Source of the DNA: a virus
Lineage: Duplodnaviria > Caudoviricetes
Length of the DNA: 47,412 nucleotides
IMG/VR virus record: IMGVR_UViG_3300044847_000039
Location: 1 to 47,412 of that record
Reading direction: 5' to 3' (one strand)
Made by a program: the position numbers and the translations under genes. Shown here piece by piece: positions 23,781 to 31,796 of the stretch (the first letter of the stretch is position 1; each line of letters opens with the position of its first letter). A model generated the notes under the pieces. It was given only the letters and a program-made list of their open reading frames with translations, was not told the origin of the DNA and did not search any database.

Positions 23781-24878
23781 CTAACCACACGTGGGATCTC
23801 GCTTGTCCTTCGTGTGGTTGTCTCCGCTTCGCTCAGTATTCTTCTCCGATGGGCTGGCTTCCGACACACCCGGCGCACACTGGGCATCGATGAACGGTCG
23901 CATGCCCTCGGCCTCAGGGTGGACGTAGCGGGCCGACTCGTCTCCGGCCCAGCCGGCCATGCCGCGGAGGTCGTGGGCCTTCACGCCGGCACGGGCAGCC
24001 CGCGTCAGGGCGTAGTGGCGTTGGTCGCGCCAAGTAAAATATGCAAGTTTAGCTTGTACCTGAGCCGCCCGGATGGCCTTGCGTGTGTTCTTGGGGAGGA
24101 GGGTGAATACGTCCTCGCCCTGGGCGGCGAGCGCCTCGCGGGCTCTGGGCGTGAGGAGCAGCCAGCGCTCGCGCTTGTTCTTCGTGAGCCCCCGGCCGTA
24201 GGAGCTGACGACGTGGAGAAGGTTGCCGCGGATGTCCTCGGGCCGGATCCTGCGAACCTCGGAGAGGCGGAGCCCAGTGTCAAGGCTCAGGGCCGCAGCT
24301 CGGCGGATCGTTTCGTTCGGGATCGCGGCGAGGAAGCGGACTAGGTCTTGGTCCGAGACCGGCGGCGGCGTCGCTCGGACTTCGGCGAAGCGCTTGAGGC
24401 GGGAGAAGGGGTTTTCAAGGGCATACCGACGATCAGGGTCCGATGCCCAACGGAAAAACCCCGAAGCCACCGCGCACAGTCGATTGACGGTGGGAGGAGC
24501 CAAGTCCCGATGTAACCACGCTCGTCGGCAAGCGTCAGCCCGATCTCGGTCAACTTGATCGACCCCCGTTTCAGCCCCGCCCAGATCCAGGATGATACGA
24601 CTCCGGAACCAATGACCGCATGTGTAGTGCCACTTCTCTGACCAGACTGGCGGCCTGTGGGCGTCGAGGTACTGCGCGATCGCGTCGGCAAGGGCGATCC
24701 TCCTAGCTACGGGGAGTCCAGCTGATTCCTTGATCGCTTCGGCTTCTCGGGCGGAGAGGAAGAGCGTAGCCACTCGGCGGTCACTCGACTTGGTAGACTC
24801 GCGACGGAGCTCGCCACCGGCGTCGTGCCAGCGCGCCCACCAGTACGGGGACCCTTCGCGGCGGTAGAGTTTCCCCAC
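23781..24878 (-). CDS. int: Tyrosine integrase
   Basis: Arm domain LYRREGSPYWWARW...RESTK; DTGLRLSEV, TKNKRER, RDQRH, AGW, RYVH. Confidence 0.93.
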   Translation of the reverse strand: MGKLYRREGSPYWWARWHDAGGELRRESTKSSDRRVATLFLSAREAEAIKESAGLPVARRIALADAIAQYLDAHRPPVWSEKWHYTCGHWFRSRIILDLGGAETGVDQVDRDRADACRRAWLHRDLAPPTVNRLCAVASGFFRWASDPDRRYALENPFSRLKRFAEVRATPPPVSDQDLVRFLAAIPNETIRRAAALSLDTGLRLSEVRRIRPEDIRGNLLHVVSSYGRGLTKNKRERWLLLTPRAREALAAQGEDVFTLLPKNTRKAIRAAQVQAKLAYFTWRDQRHYALTRAARAGVKAHDLRGMAGWAGDESARYVHPEAEGMRPFIDAQCAPGVSEASPSEKNTERSGDNHTKDKRDPTCG

Positions 24879-25078
24879 TTGCCCTGTCCCTCGTTGCTCC
24901 GGATCCAGCCCTGCACCGTCTCAGGGTCCCAGCGCGGGAACATGCCCGGTGGGGTGGCTCGAGGGATGCGGCGTCCGAGACGGTAGGCTTGCGCCCGGGA
25001 TACCTTGAAGTGGCGGGCCAGATCAAGGATGTCCCAGAGACCGCCGCTCGGCTCGGGCTGGAGGGCCGGGGAGGGCAT
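24707..25078 (-). CDS. xis: Excisionase / AlpA-like HTH overlapping the int 5' end
   Basis: LWDILDLARHFKVSRAQAYRL...PRWDPETVQGW. Confidence 0.75.
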   Translation of the reverse strand: MPSPALQPEPSGGLWDILDLARHFKVSRAQAYRLGRRIPRATPPGMFPRWDPETVQGWIRSNEGQGKWGNSTAAKGPRTGGRAGTTPVASSVASLPSRVTAEWLRSSSPPEKPKRSRNQLDSP

Positions 25079-25081
25079 CGC

Positions 25082-25300
25082 CTACTCGCGCGTCCTCGTG
25101 GACCGCCCGTGCGCCGTCCGACGCTTCGTCCGCCTCTCATCGCGCAGTGCGTCGGTGAGCCGCTCCGCCTCCATGATGAGACAGTCCTCCCAGCGGCGGT
25201 GCATGCCACAGGGCGAGGCCGTTTCGGGGTTGGCGCGGTGCACGTCGATGATGTTCGCGATCCTGATGGCTGACGCCTGGGACTCTCTCATCCGGCTCAC
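25082..25300 (-). CDS. Hypothetical protein
   Basis: GGAGG RBS; tiles the operon. Confidence 0.55.
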   Translation of the reverse strand: MSRMRESQASAIRIANIIDVHRANPETASPCGMHRRWEDCLIMEAERLTDALRDERRTKRRTAHGRSTRTRE

Positions 25301-25422
25301 GGCCGTCCCCTCCTTCCGGTGCGCCGCGCCCTCCGGTCCGCAAGTGCGAATGGTAGGGCAACAAGGAAAAGGAGAAGGCCCACGGCGCCGAGAACCAGTA
25401 CGAATGCCCGCCCGTCTGTCAT
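25297..25422 (-). CDS. 41-aa single-TM protein
   Basis: MTDGRAFVLVLGAVGLLLFLVALPFALADRRARR...; 4-nt overlaps at both ends. Confidence 0.6.
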   Translation of the reverse strand: MTDGRAFVLVLGAVGLLLFLVALPFALADRRARRTGRRGRP

Positions 25423-25694
25423 CGCTTCCCTCCTCGCGCCGCGCGCCCTCGCCGTTCGATGGCGCGCAGCAGCGATTCTCGGGCCCCCGCTTCGACGGCT
25501 CGGGGGTCTGCCCTCTGTTTCGGGATCTCTAATCCGGCGTTCATCAGGACAGTGTGCGCCGCGTAGAGATCATCTTGGTATCGCCGGATGGCGAGCCGCA
25601 TATCATCCACGAGGCGCTCCCTGCTTCGTTGCCCGGCGCGAAATCCACGCTGATATGCGGTCGAACTGGAAACCGTCTTGCGGGTCTTCGTCAT
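25419..25694 (-). CDS. Hypothetical protein
   Basis: MTKTRK...AYQRGFRAG; ATGA overlap. Confidence 0.6.
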   Translation of the reverse strand: MTKTRKTVSSSTAYQRGFRAGQRSRERLVDDMRLAIRRYQDDLYAAHTVLMNAGLEIPKQRADPRAVEAGARESLLRAIERRGRAARGGKR

Positions 25695-25900
25695 TGCCGT
25701 CTCCGCGCATTCCGTTTCTGCGCCTTCGAGATCACGTAGGCCGTCGCCTGGGCGTGCAGCTCCGCGTCGGCCATGTGACGCGCGGCCAGGAGGTCGACGC
25801 GGGGCGCCAGCGCCGCGGCAGGTCCGAGCGCGTCCGGCACTGGCGGGCGAGGCTCCGGCGCGCAGGCCACGAGGAGGGCGAGGGCGGCGGCGCGGGTCAC
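25691..25900 (-). CDS. Small putative lipoprotein
   Basis: MTRAAALALLVAC lipobox; GTGA overlap. Confidence 0.55.
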   Translation of the reverse strand: MTRAAALALLVACAPEPRPPVPDALGPAAALAPRVDLLAARHMADAELHAQATAYVISKAQKRNARRRQ

Positions 25901-26202
25901 TTCGGAGTCCATCGGAGCCCCTTCGGCGTGAGGCGGTAGGGCGCCTGCGCACTCCGTCCCGAGAGGCGCTCCAGGCGCGAGTAGGCGCGCATCAGAGCCT
26001 TGTCGGTCGGCGCCGCAAACTCGGGTGGCATCGCTTCGTTGAGCCACACGAGATGACGCCCCACCGCCTTCGCCATGGCGAGGAGGGCGCGCAGCCGCTC
26101 ACGCGCGCGCCGGTAATTCGGAGGCGGAAGACGATCCTGCTGCGCTCCGGTCTCCCCGAACACGAGCCGCATCAGGTCGTCGTCCATCACTCCGCGCTTC
26201 AC
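25897..26202 (-). CDS. Hypothetical protein
   Basis: Tiles the operon with 4-nt overlaps. Confidence 0.55.
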   Translation of the reverse strand: MKRGVMDDDLMRLVFGETGAQQDRLPPPNYRRARERLRALLAMAKAVGRHLVWLNEAMPPEFAAPTDKALMRAYSRLERLSGRSAQAPYRLTPKGLRWTPK

Positions 26203-27140
26203 GGCGTCTCCCCCTTCGTCGGCGTAGGCGTCGAGGATCCCGGGTCATCGGCGGAGGACGAGAGCGAGGTGTCGCCGCTCCTGACCCCTAGCCGCCGAGT
26301 CGCCACCGCCTTGCGCGCCGCCATAGACCGCCGCAGGGCGGCAAGCCGGTCCGCCGGGCAGTCGTACATCGACATGACCTCCTGCTGAGTGAGCGCGGCC
26401 TCGAAATCGTCCGGCCCTACGATTTCCACGCTTACATCCGAGTTGCGTCCGAGCTTCTTGGAGAGAACGAGGGACAGCATCGGCATGTTCGCGCCCTGGT
26501 AGGTGAGCACGGAACGCAGATAGTCGACGTTGGATCCGAGGAGATAGGTGACGCGAGCGGCAACGGGCGGCGGCATACTTTTTAGCAACTCATCGCGGCG
26601 CGCCGAACGCCGCTGCGCGTCCGTTCCGTTCGATGTCCACCACCTTGCGCGTGTCGACGCCGCCTCCTGTCGAATGAATTCCACGACCTCGCGACCATAG
26701 GAGACAGTCACGATGAGGACGCTCGCCAGATCGAGATAGCAAGGAAGTCCGCGGACAAGTTGCGGAGTGATCGAATTGCAAAGGTCCATGGCGAAGGCAT
26801 CGAACGAGCGCCCCTCCAGCGCGGACGCGGGCTTAGAATCGGACTTGTTGGCGGCGATCCGATCCCAGAGATCGCACACGAAGGCGTCGTCCGCGCCGGC
26901 CGTGCGAGCAGCATCGACGCACGAAGGGTCGAGGTCCACCGCGGTAATGTGAGACTTCGGCATGAGGCCGCGGATCGCCCCAATTTCACCCGCGGGTGCC
27001 CCTCCCGCGATCATGAGGATCTTCCACGGCGCGTGATGCACGCGGTCCCGTGCTCGGAGAAGAGAGCGGATCAGAAGCCAATGCTCGCCGCGTGCGACGC
27101 GCTTGCCGTCCGAAACGGTCGATGCGGTGAATGCTGCCAT
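26199..27140 (-). CDS. Class I SAM-dependent methyltransferase-like protein
   Basis: ILMIAGGAPAGE, ITAVDLDP, VCDL, FDAFAMDLC Rossmann motifs. Confidence 0.7.
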   Translation of the reverse strand: MAAFTASTVSDGKRVARGEHWLLIRSLLRARDRVHHAPWKILMIAGGAPAGEIGAIRGLMPKSHITAVDLDPSCVDAARTAGADDAFVCDLWDRIAANKSDSKPASALEGRSFDAFAMDLCNSITPQLVRGLPCYLDLASVLIVTVSYGREVVEFIRQEAASTRARWWTSNGTDAQRRSARRDELLKSMPPPVAARVTYLLGSNVDYLRSVLTYQGANMPMLSLVLSKKLGRNSDVSVEIVGPDDFEAALTQQEVMSMYDCPADRLAALRRSMAARKAVATRRLGVRSGDTSLSSSADDPGSSTPTPTKGETP

Positions 27141-27988
27141 CAGTTCTCTCCTCTCTCGTTGCCCCCGTCGTGCGTCGGGGGCGCGGACGCCAGCGGGTGG
27201 CTGCACCCGCAGATGCCCTCCTGCACGCTGCCCTCGTTGATGAGGACGGGGCAGCAGTGCGGGTGCCCAGGGTGCTGGGGATGCTCGCATTGGGGACACA
27301 GCACACGCGGGGGCGCGGACGCCGGCACGGGGGCGGCGAACGGTGGCGAGGAGGCCCACGAACGTAGGAGCACGACTTCGGCGTACTGCTCGATCTCGGA
27401 TCGGGGCGGTCCTTGGTCGCCGTCGGCCCACGCGCCGATGAGCACTTCGGCCGCTTGCCGGAGACCCGCCCTCCACCCCTCCTCGAAGCGGTCCGTCGCC
27501 TGCGCGTCCGGTGACGGCACGGGGGCAGCCGGACGCGTCATGTCCACGATGTCGAGCGCGATGGCGAGGCGCTGCACTACGTCCTGCCCGTGGAGCCGCT
27601 TCGCCAGCGCAGCCGCTTCGATGCGTAGTCCCTCCAGCGCGGCCAGCCTTGGCTCCGTCGCCTGCGCGTCTCGTGACGCCAGGGGGGCGGACGGGGCAGC
27701 GAGGGCGAGCAGCGCGTTCCCGGTTCGGCGCTCGAATTCGTCCGGTGAGATCGTCGCAGTCTGCCGCGCCTTCCATGCGCTCTGCACCTCATGAAGCGCC
27801 GAGAACACGCGATCGGCGGGCGCGTCCCGTGATGCTCGGGAGGCGCGCGCGGCTCGGACCTCGGAGATGAGGGCGTCGAAGTCGTCCGGGCTCACGTGCA
27901 CCATCGCGCCACCGAACCTCGGTTCCCCCGCGATCCACTCTGCAAGTCCCGCGAGCCGTGCGTCCGTCAGTCGCCTATCGTCCGCCAT
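27140..27988 (-). CDS. Mosaic hypothetical protein with repeated ASRDA/DAQAT linkers and a Cys/His tail
   Basis: Starts MADDRRL; CPQCEHPQH...C...CGC. Confidence 0.65.
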   Translation of the reverse strand: MADDRRLTDARLAGLAEWIAGEPRFGGAMVHVSPDDFDALISEVRAARASRASRDAPADRVFSALHEVQSAWKARQTATISPDEFERRTGNALLALAAPSAPLASRDAQATEPRLAALEGLRIEAAALAKRLHGQDVVQRLAIALDIVDMTRPAAPVPSPDAQATDRFEEGWRAGLRQAAEVLIGAWADGDQGPPRSEIEQYAEVVLLRSWASSPPFAAPVPASAPPRVLCPQCEHPQHPGHPHCCPVLINEGSVQEGICGCSHPLASAPPTHDGGNERGEN

Positions 27989-28382
27989 GGTCGTCCCCCT
28001 TCGCTCCGCCGCCGTCGCCCCCGCCCGCGATGACCCTGAGGCGAGGGCGCGGCTTCTTCCTCGGCGGGCGCCCTTGCTCCATCGGCTGGAACCCGTGCCG
28101 CTCCGCGAAGCCGATGGCCCACGCGCGGGCCTCGGCGAGCGTCGCCACGTGCGGGGCGGAATCACGCGAGTCGCAGGTCAGGTTGAGCCACAGACGCCCG
28201 ACGTTGAGACCGATCTCCCAGCCCCACGCGCCGTCGCGCCTGCGGCGACGGAACGTGAATGACTTGGGGGCGTTCCAGTCCACGGGCGGCAAGCCGAATG
28301 CACTCGCGACTTGGCCGAATGAGCGAGCGTGGTCCGCCAGCGTGGCGCCGAGCCCGCGGGGACCGAGGTTGCGGATCGTCAC
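27975..28382 (-). CDS. Hypothetical protein
   Basis: GTGA overlap; C-terminal LRVIAGG motif. Confidence 0.55.
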   Translation of the reverse strand: MTIRNLGPRGLGATLADHARSFGQVASAFGLPPVDWNAPKSFTFRRRRRDGAWGWEIGLNVGRLWLNLTCDSRDSAPHVATLAEARAWAIGFAERHGFQPMEQGRPPRKKPRPRLRVIAGGGDGGGAKGDDHGGR

Positions 28383-28552
28383 GTCTCGTCGCCCCCGCCC
28401 TGCGCCGCGCTCCGGGAGGCGGTCGATGAGCATTCATTCGGGCAAAAACACGTCAAGCACAGCACGCGCCTGCACCAGGGGCACCGTGTCACTGCCCGTA
28501 ACGGCACCGGCTTGCCGCACACGACGCAGGGAGGACCCTTGGCTCTGCTCAT
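28379..28552 (-). CDS. 57-aa Cys-rich Zn-finger protein
   Basis: CVVC..CPWC..CLTCFC..C; GAGGAG RBS; overlaps at both ends. Confidence 0.65.
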   Translation of the reverse strand: MSRAKGPPCVVCGKPVPLRAVTRCPWCRRVLCLTCFCPNECSSTASRSAAQGGGDET

Positions 28553-29643
28553 GGCTTCTCCTCGCTCTCCGCGCTCCGGGAGGCGGGGCTCGTCTCCGGG
28601 GCGGATGCGGGCCAGCGCGCCAACAGACTGCCAGCACCGGAAACGGAGACGTGCTCTCCGGCGTGGCCCGGTGTCCGACAGCAGTGATGTTCACCATCGG
28701 GGCTGGCGTGCAGGCAAAGGGCGTCGAGGATAGAAGTAGTCCGCGCGTCCTCCAAGGCCACATCGCCCCCGCCCCTGGCCGTCGCGGGGCTCGTCTCCGG
28801 GGAGGCGGGCTCTGCCAGACGGAAGAACACGGGGATGCGCCAGTCGTCGGGGATGCTCACGCCCTCGCGCGACAAACAACCATCGGCGTCCACGCACAAC
28901 GCACACGGGTCCTTCCCGTGATAAAGGCGATGCCAGGCGCGCATGGACGCGAGGGAGGAGAGGGCGCGTGCGAGTCGAGCGCGGAGATCCACCTCCGGGT
29001 CCCCGGGCGCCGCGTCTCCGGACGGGGGAGCGGCGAGGGCGGTGAGCGCATCACGGGCGCCCGTACACCAGCCGCAGCGACAGGGCGGCATGCCGGGGAG
29101 GACGTGCTGTTCCGCTGTCTGCTCGACGACGCGCCGCAGCCGCTCCTCCCGGGCCCGCGCCGACGCCAGGGCGGTCTCGGCGGACTCGGCAGCCCCGGAT
29201 AAGCAGGCAATGCATTCACCGCAGCCCGTATCCGGTCCTCGTTGCTGGCAATCGCGCGCCTCGTCCCTCTCCCTCTCCGCCTTCTCGGCTCGCTCGCGGA
29301 GGGCCCGCACGATCTCCTCGGTGTCCTCCGGGCGCTTCTCGTCGTTGCCGAGAGCGGCCTGCCGGATCCTCACCGCCTGGGCGGCAAGATCGCGCTGACC
29401 TTGGAGTACCTCCTCCACTCTCCGCTCGGCGGTCTCGGCGCGCTTGCGCCACTCCTCTCGCCTTGTAGCGGCCTGAGCGTGGCGCTTGTGAGAGCGCCGG
29501 AGCTCTCGCGCGAGGCGGTCGCGCTCCGACTCGGCGGCCTCGGCGCGGGACCGCTCCTCGTTGGCGACGGTCTTGAGAATCTCCTGTGTCTCGTCGAGCC
29601 TCGCGTACTCCGGGGGCGGCGTCGCCTTCGGGGCGTCACTCAT
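28549..29643 (-). CDS. Mosaic coiled-coil protein with Cys/His mini-domains
   Basis: MSDAP start; RAEKAERERD coils; CGEC, CRCGWC, CCRTPGHAGEH; PETSPA linkers. Confidence 0.7.
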   Translation of the reverse strand: MSDAPKATPPPEYARLDETQEILKTVANEERSRAEAAESERDRLARELRRSHKRHAQAATRREEWRKRAETAERRVEEVLQGQRDLAAQAVRIRQAALGNDEKRPEDTEEIVRALRERAEKAERERDEARDCQQRGPDTGCGECIACLSGAAESAETALASARAREERLRRVVEQTAEQHVLPGMPPCRCGWCTGARDALTALAAPPSGDAAPGDPEVDLRARLARALSSLASMRAWHRLYHGKDPCALCVDADGCLSREGVSIPDDWRIPVFFRLAEPASPETSPATARGGGDVALEDARTTSILDALCLHASPDGEHHCCRTPGHAGEHVSVSGAGSLLARWPASAPETSPASRSAESEEKP

Positions 29644-30538
29644 GGTCGGGTTCCTTAGTAGTGACCGGGGAGGCGAGAGCGCTTCGAAGGAGGGCGACTC
29701 GAAGTCTGTGACCGATATCCGCGAAGATGAATCGCTGATCGGCCTCCGCTTCACTTTCAGGATCCAGCGGCGGGTGATAGCCCTTCCGTTCGCAATCCAC
29801 CGCGATTCGTTCGATCTCTTCCCAGAGGGCGCGTCGCCCCTCCTCGCGGGCCAGGGCGGCGCGGTTCCGGTGGAACTCCAGGGCCGCGCGGAGGTCGGAG
29901 AGGCGGGCAAGGAGGGCGGCGCGACGGCTACGATTTCCGTCCCCCGGAAACTTCGCTTCGTCGAGTGCAGCATCGACGAGGTCCGCGTCGCTCGGCTCCG
30001 CGGGGGCGGGGGGCGCGGGGGCGGCGAACCGATACTCACGCTCCATGCACCCCCAGCACAGTCCCGTAGGGAGCATCAGGAACGTCTGACCGCAGCCGCG
30101 ACAGATCGGGTTGGGGTAGGGCGTCTCCGGCGCGGGCGCGGCAGCGGCGGGCGCCTGAAGCGGGCAATCCACGCCACCGTCCCGGTCGCGGCACTCCGGG
30201 CACGAGCACCACCACGCGATCTCCTCACCCTCCGGGCCGGTCGAGTGCAGGAGGCGATGTGGAGCCTTCCGGTCGCAGCGGTAGACGTGCGGATCGTCTT
30301 CGTCCGGGCCCATCGTCGCGGTGCAGGGTGCGGCGCGGGGCGTCTCCGGCGCGGGCGCGGCAACGCGCCGCTTTCGCACGATCTCGTCAACGCGCCGGTC
30401 CGCTTCTTCGTCTTCCCGGGGCGCCGCCGCGACGGGCGCAGCCCGCCGAGCCGTCGCCGCATTGGACTCGCATTCGAGGCACCACAGCGCTTCCTCACCG
30501 GTCAGGCCGTGAGGGCAGGTCTCGGGGGCGTCGCTCAT
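29636..30538 (-). CDS. Mosaic protein with several Cys/His mini-domains
   Basis: MSDAP start; CPHG..CLEC, C..CDRKAPH, CRGC..CWGC; AAPAPETP linkers. Confidence 0.7.
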   Translation of the reverse strand: MSDAPETCPHGLTGEEALWCLECESNAATARRAAPVAAAPREDEEADRRVDEIVRKRRVAAPAPETPRAAPCTATMGPDEDDPHVYRCDRKAPHRLLHSTGPEGEEIAWWCSCPECRDRDGGVDCPLQAPAAAAPAPETPYPNPICRGCGQTFLMLPTGLCWGCMEREYRFAAPAPPAPAEPSDADLVDAALDEAKFPGDGNRSRRAALLARLSDLRAALEFHRNRAALAREEGRRALWEEIERIAVDCERKGYHPPLDPESEAEADQRFIFADIGHRLRVALLRSALASPVTTKEPDHE

Positions 30539-30547
30539 CGGGGCTCC

Positions 30548-30823
30548 TCAGTATTCGATGGTGCAGAGAAAACCGCGACCACGCGCAGCGGCCCACTCGG
30601 CGGCGGTCTTGGTGGTCTCTCCAGCGTCATCGTCGCTGCCGGGTTCGGTGGGATTGCCCTGCACGTCGCAGTGGATGGAGATCGTTCCGGCCTCGTCCAC
30701 CGGGGCCCACGCCTCGGGGTCCTGCTCGCCCATCCCGTACTCGTCCATGGCTTGCATCGCGTCTTCGATGCTCACCGCCACGCACCAATCGCTATCGTTC
30801 GTGAAGACGCGGAGGTCGCTCAT
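30548..30823 (-). CDS. Acidic hypothetical protein
   Basis: MSDLRVF...TAAEWAAARGRGFLCTIEY; strong codon bias. Confidence 0.7.
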   Translation of the reverse strand: MSDLRVFTNDSDWCVAVSIEDAMQAMDEYGMGEQDPEAWAPVDEAGTISIHCDVQGNPTEPGSDDDAGETTKTAAEWAAARGRGFLCTIEY

Positions 30824-31131
30824 CGGGGCTCCGGGGTCACGGGAGAGAGAAGGGCACGCGCAACGCGGATCGACCTCGCCCACTCGCATTCGCCGTAGCA
30901 GCAGCAATCACTGTTGCCGGGGTGGTCCTCCTCCAGGCAGATCGTCACGTCCTCCATGGCCGAGGCGAGCTCAATGTTGCGGGCCACGGAGCCGCGAAAG
31001 CGCTCCTCGGCGGCGTCTCGCTCGGCGCGCAGTCTCGCCACCTCCGCGGTCAGCGCGTCAATCTTGTCGCAGAGGGGGTGATTGCACGCCGAGCACCCGA
31101 CCGTCTCATTCCTGCATGCGCAACCATTCAT
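30820..31131 (-). CDS. Cys-rich coiled-coil protein
   Basis: CAC..CSAC, AEVARLRAERD, CCCYGEC. Confidence 0.65.
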   Translation of the reverse strand: MNGCACRNETVGCSACNHPLCDKIDALTAEVARLRAERDAAEERFRGSVARNIELASAMEDVTICLEEDHPGNSDCCCYGECEWARSIRVARALLSPVTPEPR

Positions 31132-31607
31132 GGTCTCGTCCCCTCCGCCACGCGCTCCCCGCGGACCGCTCGCGCCTCTTCCACCTTCGCGATCTTGCGC
31201 TCTACCGCTTTCCGTGCCTCGGCATCGAGGGTAGAGGCCTGGGCGATCTGGGCGAGGGTGCCGAGGTCTCCCCGGTGCGCTCTCCTGTGGCAGTCCCAGC
31301 ACAGCGGGAGAACGTTCCCCATTCGTTGGTGAGAGCGGCGCAGGCCGGCCCCCTCGACGTGGTGGAACTCCCAGGCGTTCCCAAGGTCCATCTTGCACGC
31401 GGCGCAGTGGCCCTCGTACTCGACGAAGACCGCCACGCGGAGCTTGGCGGTCCTATTGACGTGCTCCGCTCTGCTCTCCGCCTTGGCCCTCTTGCCCTCC
31501 CTGCGCTTCGGAGCGGTGCGCAGCAACTTCTTCCTGCGGACCTCCTCCTGGCGCGCCTGCTCCACGAGGAGCTGGGCGGGGGAGAGTCGGAGCTCGCGCG
31601 CGTTCAT
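31128..31607 (-). CDS. HNH endonuclease
   Basis: CAAC..EFHHV..NVLPLCWDCHRRAH. Confidence 0.85.
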   Translation of the reverse strand: MNARELRLSPAQLLVEQARQEEVRRKKLLRTAPKRREGKRAKAESRAEHVNRTAKLRVAVFVEYEGHCAACKMDLGNAWEFHHVEGAGLRRSHQRMGNVLPLCWDCHRRAHRGDLGTLAQIAQASTLDAEARKAVERKIAKVEEARAVRGERVAEGTRP

Positions 31608-31777
31608 GCGGCCCTCCGGTTCGACTCAGGAACCCTCATGGCGCTCCACATCGCCGCCTCGTCCTTGATGTCCGCCTTGACCCAGCGTGCGTACTTCTTC
31701 GACCCCATCTCCTGCCTGGCCCTACAGCAGCACTCGAAGGGGCGCCGACCGGCGAAACCGCAGTGAGGGCAGGTCAT
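31604..31777 (-). CDS. Small Cys-rich protein
   Basis: MTCPHCG..CCC; AAGGAG RBS. Confidence 0.55.
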   Translation of the reverse strand: MTCPHCGFAGRRPFECCCRARQEMGSKKYARWVKADIKDEAAMWSAMRVPESNRRAA

Positions 31778-31796
31778 GCGATCTCCTTCGGATCCC

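Noticed and set aside
23729-23800. Complete tRNA-Gln gene
   Set aside because: No T arm or 3' acceptor strand; the anticodon stem breaks at 23769.
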